From sequence record MK250016.1: a DNA stretch of 32,000 nucleotides. The stretch is one strand, 5' to 3'. This DNA comes from Prevotella phage Lak-A1. A program made the position numbers and the translations under genes. Position 1 is the stretch's first letter. Every line of letters starts with the position of its first letter. The notes under the pieces are model-generated. The model did not search any database. It saw only the letters and a program-made list of their open reading frames with translations, and was not told where the DNA came from. This document shows positions 1 to 10,000 of this stretch, piece by piece.

Positions 1-1
1 T

Positions 2-1885
2 ACAGCAAATCCAGATGATTTAAAAGTTACAGTTACTATTAATCATGAAGATAATACTATTACTGTTTCTGATATGGGTATTGGTATGACTGCTGATGAA
101 ATAGAAAAGTACATTAATCAGATTGCATTTTCAGGAGCAAATGACTTCTTAGAGAAATATAAGGATACACAGATTATTGGTCATTTTGGACTTGGATTTT
201 ATTCAAGCTTTATGGTAAGTTCAAAAGTTGAAATTGTATCAAAGTCATATAAAGAGAATTCAAAAGCATGTAGATGGACATGTGAAGGAACTACAGAGTT
301 TACACTTAAGGATGATGATAAAGAATCTGTAGGTACCGATGTAATTATGCATATTTCTGATGAATATAAGGAGTATGTAAATGAAAGTAAACTTATGGAA
401 CTTTTAAAGAAGTACGCAGAATATTTACCTATTCAAATTTATCTTAAAGATGTTCCTGCACCAACTACTGATTCATCTACCGGTGAAGTTACATATCCAG
501 AATCACATGAAACAAAAATTACACGAGATGAACCATTGTGGTTAAAATCTGCATCAGAACTTAAAGATGAAGATTATATTAAGTTCTATAAGGAAACATT
601 CCCTAATAGACCTGAACCACTTTTCTGGATTCATATTAATATTGATACACCGTTTACATTTAAGGGAATTCTTTATTTCCCTGCATTTGATCAGAAACAT
701 CCTATTTTTGAGCGTAAGCATCTTAATTTGTATTGTAATCGTGTATTTGTGACAGATGATGTAGATGGAGTATTACCAGATTATTTGAGTCTTCTTCATG
801 GTGTAATTGACTCTCCTGATATTCCATTGAATGTTTCTCGTTCAGTTCTTCAAAATGATGCTAATGTTAAGAAGATTAGTTCACATATTACAAATAAGGT
901 TATGAGTTCACTTCGTACACTTATGAAGAAAGATAGAGAAACATATGAGAAAAAGTGGGAAACAATTAAAACCTTCATTAATCTAGGCGTTGTAACAGAA
1001 CCTAATATTTTTGATAAAGCAAAGGATATTATTCTTCTTGTTGATACTGATAATAAGATGTATACTTTTGATGAATATTATGATAAAGTATCAGAAACAC
1101 AGAAAGATAAAGATGGTAAAATTGTATATTTGTATACATATGATACTGCTACACAATATACTTATATCGATGCTTTAAAGAAATACGGTTATAATATTCT
1201 GCTGTTTAATAGTCAATATGGAGCATTTGAAGTACATACATTTGAAATGAAATTACAAGAAAAGAATGTAACATTTAAACGTATTGATGCAGATGTACCA
1301 GAAAACCTTATTAAGAAAGAAGAAGATACAACAAAGAAAGAAAAACCTGTATCTGAGAATATCAAGAGTATGTTGGTATCTATGTTTGATTGTATTGAGC
1401 TAAATCTTCCTAAAATTACACATCAGTATATTGTTCAGCAAGATGGTAAAGATGCACTGCCTATTACTATTGTTGCAGATGAGTTCTTCCGTCGTATGAA
1501 GGAAATGTCAATGCTTAATAATGCTGGTATGTATTTGGAAAATAATGCATCTATTAAGATTATTATTAATGCAGATTCTAAAGTTGTAAAGAAGATTATT
1601 AAGATTGCAGAAAAAGAAATTGGTCAGCAAATTAATGATATTAATGAAAAAGTTAAAGATATTAATACAAGATTGGAAGCTGCTGATACAGATGATGCAA
1701 AGAATTCTATTAAAAAAGAACTTGATAACATTATTGCAGAGAAAAAGGAAATTATTAATAAACATGCACATGCAGATAGTCATATTCATGAATTAATTGA
1801 TATTGGTTTGTTACAGTATGGTTTATTATCAGGTGAAGATTTGGCAGCATTTGTTAAGAGATCTATAAAGATGATTGAAAAGTAA
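2..1885 (+). CDS. htpG: Hsp90-family chaperone HtpG, 5'-truncated by window edge
   Basis: Frame is open from nt 2 (TANPDDLKVTVTINHEDNTITVSDMGIGMTADEI...). Hsp90 motifs DMGIGMT, IAFSGA, GHFGLGFYSSFMV and PLNVSRSVLQND are present. Ends with TAA. Confidence 0.97.
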   Translation, partial: TANPDDLKVTVTINHEDNTITVSDMGIGMTADEIEKYINQIAFSGANDFLEKYKDTQIIGHFGLGFYSSFMVSSKVEIVSKSYKENSKACRWTCEGTTEFTLKDDDKESVGTDVIMHISDEYKEYVNESKLMELLKKYAEYLPIQIYLKDVPAPTTDSSTGEVTYPESHETKITRDEPLWLKSASELKDEDYIKFYKETFPNRPEPLFWIHINIDTPFTFKGILYFPAFDQKHPIFERKHLNLYCNRVFVTDDVDGVLPDYLSLLHGVIDSPDIPLNVSRSVLQNDANVKKISSHITNKVMSSLRTLMKKDRETYEKKWETIKTFINLGVVTEPNIFDKAKDIILLVDTDNKMYTFDEYYDKVSETQKDKDGKIVYLYTYDTATQYTYIDALKKYGYNILLFNSQYGAFEVHTFEMKLQEKNVTFKRIDADVPENLIKKEEDTTKKEKPVSENIKSMLVSMFDCIELNLPKITHQYIVQQDGKDALPITIVADEFFRRMKEMSMLNNAGMYLENNASIKIIINADSKVVKKIIKIAEKEIGQQINDINEKVKDINTRLEAADTDDAKNSIKKELDNIIAEKKEIINKHAHADSHIHELIDIGLLQYGLLSGEDLAAFVKRSIKMIEK

Positions 1886-1896
1886 TTCAATATATA

Positions 1897-1936
1897 AAAG
1901 AGAGTATGTTTTGTAAATAACTACTCTCTTTTTACT
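1897..1936 (+). terminator. Hairpin plus T-rich tail downstream of htpG
   Basis: AAAGAGAGTA ... TACTCTCTTT stem followed by T-rich sequence, immediately after the htpG stop. Confidence 0.65.
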
Positions 1937-2010
1937 TTTTACAAAAGTAGACAAATAATAAATATTAATATATAAGAAATATATTAACAAATTAAAATTA
2001 AATTAACAAA

Positions 2011-2271
2011 ATGTATCGGTATCATAATCCCTTAAAGAATTTTAATCCATTTGTGATAACAAGTGTATTTGTATTATTTTTAATTGTAATGTTTACATTT
2101 GCAATTCCTACATTGATAAATGCAGCATCTACAATGATGAATTTTGTTGCCATTATTTTTATTTTATTTACAATTTATATATGTATTATTGTAATGAGAT
2201 ATTATAATGATTATTATATACGACATTATCAGAAATACAAGGAAGAAAGAGAAAAGAAAATTAAAGATTAA
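2011..2271 (+). CDS. Small membrane protein, two predicted TM segments
   Basis: 86-aa ORF with hydrophobic segments FVITSVFVLFLIVMFTFAIPTLI and FVAIIFILFTIYICIIVM and a charged C-terminus. Confidence 0.6.
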   Translation: MYRYHNPLKNFNPFVITSVFVLFLIVMFTFAIPTLINAASTMMNFVAIIFILFTIYICIIVMRYYNDYYIRHYQKYKEEREKKIKD

Positions 2272-2296
2272 TTTATCATTTTAATTATTAAATTAT

Positions 2297-4329
2297 ATGA
2301 AGAAAATCGTATTGAATTTGATTGTCATACTAATGACATGTATGAGTTTTGTATCTTGTGCTTATGAGAGAGTTGATGCAGGATGTGAAGGTATTTATGT
2401 AAATCTTTATGGTGACGATAAAGGTGTAGGTGAAGTTAGTCTATGTACAGGGGCCGTGTGGTATTGTGTATAAATATTTCTAATAAATATATAAATAATC
2501 AAGAATAAAAATGAATTAGTAGATTTTAGATTTATTTGTAAACAAAGAATATACTGTATAGAAAATATCAAAATATTTAAAAATAGATATAGAAATTGTT
2601 AGAAATACGTTATTGTTAAATTATTATCCTACTTTATATAGAACAAGAAAAGAAACATTACGTATGCATGATGCAATGCTATGTTATATTAATAGTGATA
2701 GAAGTTTATTAAATATTGCTAAAGAATATAATATGGGTGATGATAATTTAGCAAAAAATTTAAGATTATGTGGTGTAACTATTGAGGATCGTTAGCATAA
2801 ACCAAAATTTAATGAAAATATATTTGATATTATTGATACAGAAGAAAAAGCGTACTGGTTAGGCTTTATATTTGCTGATGGTTATATTGAAACACCAAAA
2901 CCAAATATGAAATATACATTTGAAATATGTTTATCATGTAAAGATAAACATCATTTAGAAAAATTTAATATTTTTATGTAGCATAAAAATATGAATATAA
3001 AAGTTTATACACATTTGGATAAAATAGCAAATAAAGAACGTACAAATGCTAGATGGATTGTTGCAAATAAACATTTGTGGAATACATTAAATAATTTAGG
3101 ATGTACACCTCAAAAATCATTAACATTAAAATTTCCTAATATAAAAGAAGAATTAAAACGTCATTTTATAAGAGGATATATAGATGGTGATGGCACAATA
3201 GGATATTATGGAAAATATAATACTGTTCATTGTGAATGTATAGGAACATATGATATTTTATATAATATGTTTACATCATTAAATTTTATACCTAGAATAT
3301 TTAATAAACCAAAGCGTTATAAAAAAGAAACAATGTTTTTTACAATGTCTGGTTCCAAAGCGAAAGAATTTATTAATTATATTTATAAAGATTGTAATAT
3401 ATATTTAGACCGAAAATATTAGAAATATATAGAAATATGCCGTCTATAATAGGAATATTATAGATTATTAATGACCAATATCGGGGAAGTGCTGAGATGC
3501 GAATCCCGAGATAAGTTATAATTTTAAAAGATTTTAACCATCGTACAGCGTAGAAATTGAACCTATATTATAATATAGAATAAAATATTTCCAAGAGTGG
3601 TCATCATCCCAACTGAAATAAGTGGATGAATAGGTACGCGGAACTACCCAAATATGAAGGGATAGAAATACGAATAAAAAGTCGTATGATAACAAAATTG
3701 ATTGCCCCTTGACTCATGATGTATTTGAATATCCTACATATATTCAGACTGTAGATTATCCATCATTTGAAGTTAATAGTAAAGACGGTACAAAATTTAC
3801 TGTTGATCCTGCAGTTCTCGTAAAAATAGAAGATGGTAAATCACCACTTATTTTTAAAAAGTATAGAAAGCAGCTTGATGAAATTGTAAAGAATACTTTA
3901 TATGTTTATATCAGAGATGCAGCACGTATTGAATTTAATAAGTATACAGCAGACCAGATTGTATCAAATCGTGAAGCAGTAGATAAATCATTTGAGGAAC
4001 GTGTAAGAAAAGGATTTGCAAGTGAACATTTTATTCTTCAGCAATTAACGCCAGGTATTGGTTATCCTAAATCATATGAAGAAGCTATTAATGCTAAGAA
4101 TAAAGCAATTCAAGATGAAATGCGTGTCAGCAATGAGATTCGTGTAGCTGAGGCAGAAGCAAAGAAAAAACTTGTTCTTGCAGAAGCAGAAGCGAAGGCA
4201 AACAAATTGAAAGAACAATCACTTACACCATTGCTTATTCAGAAAATGGCAATTGAAAAGTGGTCAGGAAATTTGCCAGATACATATGTAGGTAGTCATG
4301 GTATTCCTAATTTGATTTTAGGAAAGTAA
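2297..4329 (+). CDS. SPFH/prohibitin-like lipoprotein split by an intron: join(2297..2462,3701..4329), 264 aa
   Basis: Exon 1 reads MKKIVLNLIVILMTCMSFVSCAYERVDAGCEGIYVNLYGDDKGVGEVSLCTGAVWY (lipobox-like FVSC). Exon 2 reads ..CPLTHDVFEYPTYIQTVDYPSFEVNSKDGTKFTVDPAV...NEIRVAEAEAKKKLVLAEAEAKANKLKEQ (SPFH domain plus coiled coil). Joining restores the family pattern TGxVWYxPxTHDVxEYP and keeps frame (795 nt). Confidence 0.85.
2463..3700 (+). other. Intervening sequence (probable group I intron) in the SPFH gene
   Basis: Exon continuity at the protein level. Exon 1 ends in U, the element ends in G, and both sides of the junction begin ATTG. It encodes a LAGLIDADG nuclease, a typical group I partner. 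A convincing P1 was not found. Confidence 0.7.
2613..3449 (+). CDS. Intron-encoded LAGLIDADG homing endonuclease (TAG=Q at 3 codons)
   Basis: Continuous in frame 3 only if TAG is sense. Two LAGLIDADG-type motifs are present: KAYWLGFIFADGYIE and FIRGYIDGDGTIGYY. An alternative ATG start lies at 2664. Confidence 0.85.
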
Positions 4330-4453
4330 TTTTTATATTTTAATCTCTAATAATTTTCATAATTATTAGAGATTTTTTATTTTTATAAAGTAAACAAAAA
4401 GTTGTTTATCTAATAATATATATAGATTAAATAACTTTTAAATATAATTAATT

Positions 4454-4648
4454 ATGGATTTTACAATTAAAGGAAATAATAATGAAGTATCAGTTTCTAA
4501 GGATACTATTAAGAAGTTGATAGAGCTTTTACAGCATGTAGATTGTACATGTGTATGGTCAGAACATGATAATCAATATATTAAGGTTAATGATATTCCT
4601 AATAATATTGTTGATGAACTTATTGTAAAATTGAAATTATCAAAATAA
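4454..4648 (+). CDS. Hypothetical protein
   Basis: 64-aa ORF with ATG and TAA, overlapping the next gene start (TAATG). Confidence 0.6.
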   Translation: MDFTIKGNNNEVSVSKDTIKKLIELLQHVDCTCVWSEHDNQYIKVNDIPNNIVDELIVKLKLSK

Positions 4649-5097
4649 TGGAAGATAATAAAGATATTGAAATTGTTGAACAACCGGTAAAGAAGAAGAG
4701 AGGACGACCACGTAAAGTACATCCTTATGAAGAATTCCAACCATATATTAAAGAAACATTTGCTAATTATCTCAATGATAATTATGATATGATATATTTG
4801 TTTATGAATGCAAATAAACGAATTGATAAAAGATTTTGGAATACTATATATGAACATGTAAGAACATTGAATAATAAATTATATGAAGAATATTCTTGTG
4901 GTTTTAAATTTAATGAATATACATATAGACCAGATGTACAATGGAGAGGTATTGATGAAGTTCGTGAAACTCAACGAAAAAATGCAGTAAAGCATTTTTA
5001 TGAAAACGAAAATTTAGATCCTATATATAAAGCATATATGATATTTACTCATATGAAACTTTATATTAGTGAATCTAGTAAAGAAATGAAAGTATGA
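4648..5097 (+). CDS. Hypothetical protein with an N-terminal AT-hook-like motif
   Basis: 149-aa ORF; KKKRGRPRKVHP resembles an AT-hook (RGRP). Ends with TGA overlapping the next ATG. Confidence 0.7.
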   Translation: MEDNKDIEIVEQPVKKKRGRPRKVHPYEEFQPYIKETFANYLNDNYDMIYLFMNANKRIDKRFWNTIYEHVRTLNNKLYEEYSCGFKFNEYTYRPDVQWRGIDEVRETQRKNAVKHFYENENLDPIYKAYMIFTHMKLYISESSKEMKV

Positions 5098-5897
5098 AAA
5101 TCATATCAAAATATAAGGATTTCTATGACTCATATGGATTTATTCTTGGTAAACCAGATGAGAGTATAACTTATGTCCGTACAACAGAAGTTATAGATGA
5201 TGATAATAAGCAATATAAGTCAATCATCAAGAAAATTTATGATTATGGACATTTGTATTTTCATGTTTATGGATTTAAAGAAGATTATGTTGCATGGGTA
5301 GAAAGTGTTGTATGTGGTATATATCCTTATATATACGTATGTCCTTTTTATGTGATTATGCAACAATTAAATAAAGGTAGAACATTTATACCTATTGATT
5401 TAAAACCTATACCAATATCAGAAGAATTTGTACATGATAAAAGTAAAAGAGAACATATTTATAATAAGGTACAAACAAAATTTGATGAGTATTGCGATAA
5501 AAATAATATAAAAGGAAAATTACATATACAAAAAATTAGAGAAACTAATTATTCATGGTCTAATGCAAAATTTAAATTTGAAACACAAAGTTGGAAGATA
5601 GAGGAACTGGATATATTCAGAGAATTAAATGTACCAACTTTTATGTATGTAAATAAAAATGATGATATTGCAAGATATGTTAAAGATTATGGATTAACAC
5701 TTAATCCAATATTTGTTAAACAAAATTTTGATGTATTAGGTGCAAATAGAACCAGAATAATTAATGAACAGAATGTTTATATAGACATAGAAAATTTTTT
5801 GTGGGAAATGAAAAAGGAACCTGAATCAATTCCTGATAATAAAACAAAAATTATAAATGCAGGGTTTGATTTGAAAACATCATTTAGAAATATGTAA
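5094..5897 (+). CDS. Hypothetical protein
   Basis: 267-aa ORF, coupled to the upstream gene (ATGA overlap). Confidence 0.7.
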   Translation: MKIISKYKDFYDSYGFILGKPDESITYVRTTEVIDDDNKQYKSIIKKIYDYGHLYFHVYGFKEDYVAWVESVVCGIYPYIYVCPFYVIMQQLNKGRTFIPIDLKPIPISEEFVHDKSKREHIYNKVQTKFDEYCDKNNIKGKLHIQKIRETNYSWSNAKFKFETQSWKIEELDIFRELNVPTFMYVNKNDDIARYVKDYGLTLNPIFVKQNFDVLGANRTRIINEQNVYIDIENFLWEMKKEPESIPDNKTKIINAGFDLKTSFRNM

Positions 5898-5900
5898 AAC

Positions 5901-6158
5901 ATGAGAATAGTAACAGTTAAAAATGATAAAGGTATATACATACCACCATTTATGTCTGACTTTACAAAAGAAGAGTCAGATCTTATTGGTAAATTATGGG
6001 ATATATCAACTAAACATGGATACATAGCAGATTCATTAGGTGGTACACAATGTTTAGCATTAATGTATGATGAACTTCCATGTTATTTTAAAATTTTATT
6101 TAAAAATGTAGAAAGAACTGAAGTATCATATGAAGATTATGAACGAGGCTTTTGGTAA
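5901..6158 (+). CDS. Hypothetical protein
   Basis: 85-aa ORF in a compact same-strand operon. Confidence 0.6.
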   Translation: MRIVTVKNDKGIYIPPFMSDFTKEESDLIGKLWDISTKHGYIADSLGGTQCLALMYDELPCYFKILFKNVERTEVSYEDYERGFW

Positions 6159-6165
6159 TTAATTT

Positions 6166-6882
6166 ATGAAACAAGAAAGGAAAACGGTAGTAGCAGGTCC
6201 ACATATATTAAAGTTTAATATATCAGATATTAATAGAATATTTTTTACCAGTGATATACATGCAAATCATGCGAATATTATAAAATACTGTAATAGACCA
6301 TTTACAGATGTTAATGAGATGAATCATGTATTATTTAAAAATTTAAATGATTCATTATCAAATGTTGATAATGCTATACTTATAAATTGTGGTGATTTTA
6401 TCTTTAGTAATGTAAGTACATATGATGAAATGGTTAATAATATTAAAGCTGAAAAAGTTTATAATATAATTGGTAATCATGATGTAAAAAACGTGTTACA
6501 GAGAAGAAATATAGTACCTTATAATGAAGAAAGTAAAGTATATTGGAGTACAGAACTTATTGTACAAATATATGATGATTATAAAGATAAAATACTTCTA
6601 CAGTTTACAGTATCACATTATCCACATTGTGATGGACAATTCTTAGGTAAATTTAATATTCATGGTCATTTACATACACCAAAAAATGTAGAAGATTATA
6701 CAGGTACAGATGCGAATATTGCTAAAAAGTTAAAAGAAAAAGCAATGACATATGATGTTGGCGTAGATGGAAATGATTATAAACCAGTAAAGTTAACTGA
6801 TATATTAACAGGAAATTTAATTCAATATCAACTTAGAGATATTGATTTTAATTATTGGAAAAATAAAATTAAAAATATTTAA
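6166..6882 (+). CDS. Calcineurin-like metallophosphoesterase
   Basis: Motifs FFTSDIHANHANI, NCGDFIF, IGNHD, SHYPHCDG and NIHGHLH in order. Confidence 0.9.
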   Translation: MKQERKTVVAGPHILKFNISDINRIFFTSDIHANHANIIKYCNRPFTDVNEMNHVLFKNLNDSLSNVDNAILINCGDFIFSNVSTYDEMVNNIKAEKVYNIIGNHDVKNVLQRRNIVPYNEESKVYWSTELIVQIYDDYKDKILLQFTVSHYPHCDGQFLGKFNIHGHLHTPKNVEDYTGTDANIAKKLKEKAMTYDVGVDGNDYKPVKLTDILTGNLIQYQLRDIDFNYWKNKIKNI

Positions 6883-6892
6883 AATATTTAAG

Positions 6893-6933
6893 TGCTAATA
6901 AAGTTTATTGCAAAACTTTATTAGCATTTTTTT
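6893..6933 (+). terminator. Rho-independent-type terminator
   Basis: Perfect 13-bp stem TGCTAATAAAGTT/AACTTTATTAGCA followed by seven T. Confidence 0.88.
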
Positions 6934-7018
6934 GTATAATAATTAATTAATATTTTGATATTTCATAGTATCAAAGAATAAATAAAATACCTAAAATAAA
7001 ATAGAAAGAAAACTAAAT

Positions 7019-10000
7019 ATGAAGGTAACAAAACGTGATGGTAGTTTTGAGAATTATAGTGTTTAGACAGTTAAACGTGCAGTTAGAGAAGCGTTTAAGT
7101 CAACAAAGACTAAATACTCAAAAGACACAATTTCGAATATTGTAAGTTCTATTACGCCATATGATGGCATTCCTGTAGAAGAAATACAGGATCAGATAGA
7201 AACAAGTTTGTATTCTCATGATCAGCCTAAAGTTGCAAAAGAATTTATTCTTTATCGCAATAAGAAGAAGGAAATCAGAGAATGGGTTGCTAATAAAGAA
7301 GCATTTATTGAAAGATATAAAAATGCATCAAATACTGCAAATAGTACAATTGATGATAATTCTAACGTATCATCTAAGAACATCGGTGTATTAAATGCAG
7401 AAATTCATAAAGGTGATAATATTCTTGTAAGTAGAGGAATGATTACAAGAAAGTTAAAAGATTTATTCCCTGATTTTAAAGCAAAACAATATCAAAAAGA
7501 TTTAAAAAATCATATTATCTATAAGAATGATGAATCAAGTTTTGCTGGTGCTATAAGTCCTTATTGTGTTAGTGTATCTATGTATCCATTTCTTAATCAT
7601 GGATTGGAAAAGATTGGAGGTTTATCATGCCATCCACAAAATCTTGATTCCTATTGTGGTATGTATGTAAATCTTGTATTTGCAGTTGCAGCACAATTTG
7701 CAGGAGCAGTAGCAACATCAGAATTCTTGGTATATTTTGATTATTTTGCACGAAAGGAATTTGGAGATGATTACTATTTGCATAGTAAAGAATTCTATAA
7801 GATTGGTCCAAAATATCGTAAGTTACTTAATGAATCTAATTACTGGTGTAAAGATGTAGATACACTTAGAAAACATGATTTTGGTACAGATGAATTAAAT
7901 AAATTGAGAGATGAACTTGTTTATAATTCAGAACGACCATTATCTGATGAAGAACTTAAAGAATATGAAACAGAACTTTCTAAATATGATGTAGAAGGTT
8001 CAATAAAAGATTTTACAAATCCTATTAAGATTGGTGATGGTACAAGAACTATTGGTTCATGTATACAACAATTCTTCCAACAAGTAGTGTATTCAATTAA
8101 CCAACCCGCGGCAAGTCGTGGTCTGCAATCTGCATTTGTAAATTTCTCTTATTTTGATAAGCCTTTCTTTGAAGGTATGTTTGGGGAATTTGTATTTCCA
8201 GATGAAGAAGGTACAAGACCTTGTTGGGAAAGTGTTTCATGGTTGCAGAAAGATTTTATGATTTGGTTTAATAAAGAGCGCCTTCGTACTATAATCACTT
8301 TCCCTGTTGAAAGTTTTGCATTGGTATATAAGGATGGAAAGTTTGTAGATGAAGATTCTGCAGATTTTGTTGCAGAAGAATATTCTCGTGGTCATTCATT
8401 CTTTACTTATATGTCAGATACTGTTGATTCATTATCAAGCTGCTGTTTCGATGGTGATACACCATTTATGTTTGTAGAACCTCTTAATATGGAAGAGCAT
8501 GGTGGTAATAATGCATATATGGTTTCAACTATTAAAGATGCATATGAAAAATATAAAGATGATATAATTAATGTATATCATATGAATTTTAATGGTACTA
8601 CAGGTAAATGTACAGGTGAATGGGTAAATGCAAAATTTGTAAAAGCACAAGCTATTCAGGAAGTACGAATTTATTTTAAACCAGATGATTTCAATCCAGA
8701 TGAGTCAAGGAATGTAATGAGAGTTACGCCGGATCATATATTCCCTGTTATTGATGATAATGGATTTATTACAGATAAAAATGCATATTTGTTACAGACT
8801 GGAGATCAACTTATTTTTGAATATGCACAATATATGGGATTATTTAGAGATGAATTCCCTGATAGAGATCAAGATTTAGTAAAACGTGCTATTTCAAAAG
8901 TTGAAATTGTAAATCTTGATGAACCAAAGGATTATTATTGTGTAGAGTTATGTGATAAAAATATTGAACCATACTTTTTGTTACCTAATGGAAATATTAC
9001 ACATAACTGTCGCCTTAAGAATAAGATTCAAACAAAGGAATTTAATTTTACAAATGGTAACTTAGGGATCAACTTGGGTCCTTTATGTGCTTAATTGCTA
9101 ATCAAGCAATGTATTAATATAGCGATATTAATGCATCGGTGAAGCCTAAACATAAGTTGTGAAACTATATGCATGGTAATACCGAACCAAGTTAATAAAT
9201 ATGTTATAATTTTACATTTATAATATATGAATAATAAAATATTTACAATTTACAAAATATCATTTCCAAATGGAAAAGTATATATTGGTTAGACATATCA
9301 TTATCATTAGAGAATTAAAGAACATTTAAATGAAATGAAACATAGTGATTATAAATTATATAGAGCTATGAGGAAATATAATATAAATGAAAATAATTTT
9401 TCTATAGTAGAAGAAAATATTTTAACATAGAACGATGCAGATAATAAAGAAATATATTATATCAATTTATATGATAGTTATAATAATGGATATAATTCTA
9501 CATTAGGTGGACATGCTGCAACAATAACAAAAATAGGAGAAGAACATCCTAAAGCTATATTAAATGATAATGAATTATTAGAATTAAGAAAAATTAGATA
9601 TTCTATGAAATATACATTTGGAGAAGTATATGATATGTATAAAAATAAAATGTCAAAAAGTGGTTTTTCAAAATATTGGCATTATTATACAAGACCTGAA
9701 ATCGGAGAAGAATATAATACTGATGAAGTAAATAAATTTTATAAATCTGATAGGAGAACAAGAAGAGGTATATTACATGCAAATTCAAGAAATTTATCAG
9801 ATGAAGAAGTTTTAAATATAAGAATACGATATTTTGTAAATGGTGAAAAAGAAGATGATATTTTTAAAAAATATAAACACTTATATTCAAAGAGTGGTTT
9901 TAATAAAATATTATTTGGATAGTCATATATGCATGTAAAAATGCCTATTAAAACAGATAAGTGTAAATAGAAATTACCATAGTTATCAAAAGAAGAAGTA

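Noticed and set aside
567-752. Shadow ORFs such as 567-752, 1508-1789, 1605-1796, 4573-4857, 5777-6025, 7593-7811, 9603-9788 and 11810-12031.
   Set aside because: All overlap well-supported genes in another frame or strand, have biased low-complexity composition and no motifs.
9061-9094. The natural TAA at 9092-9094 as the true end of a shorter NrdD.
   Set aside because: The zinc site and glycyl-radical motif lie in 10297-11203. Joining at 9069/10297 restores conserved sequence and frame, so the TAA is intronic.
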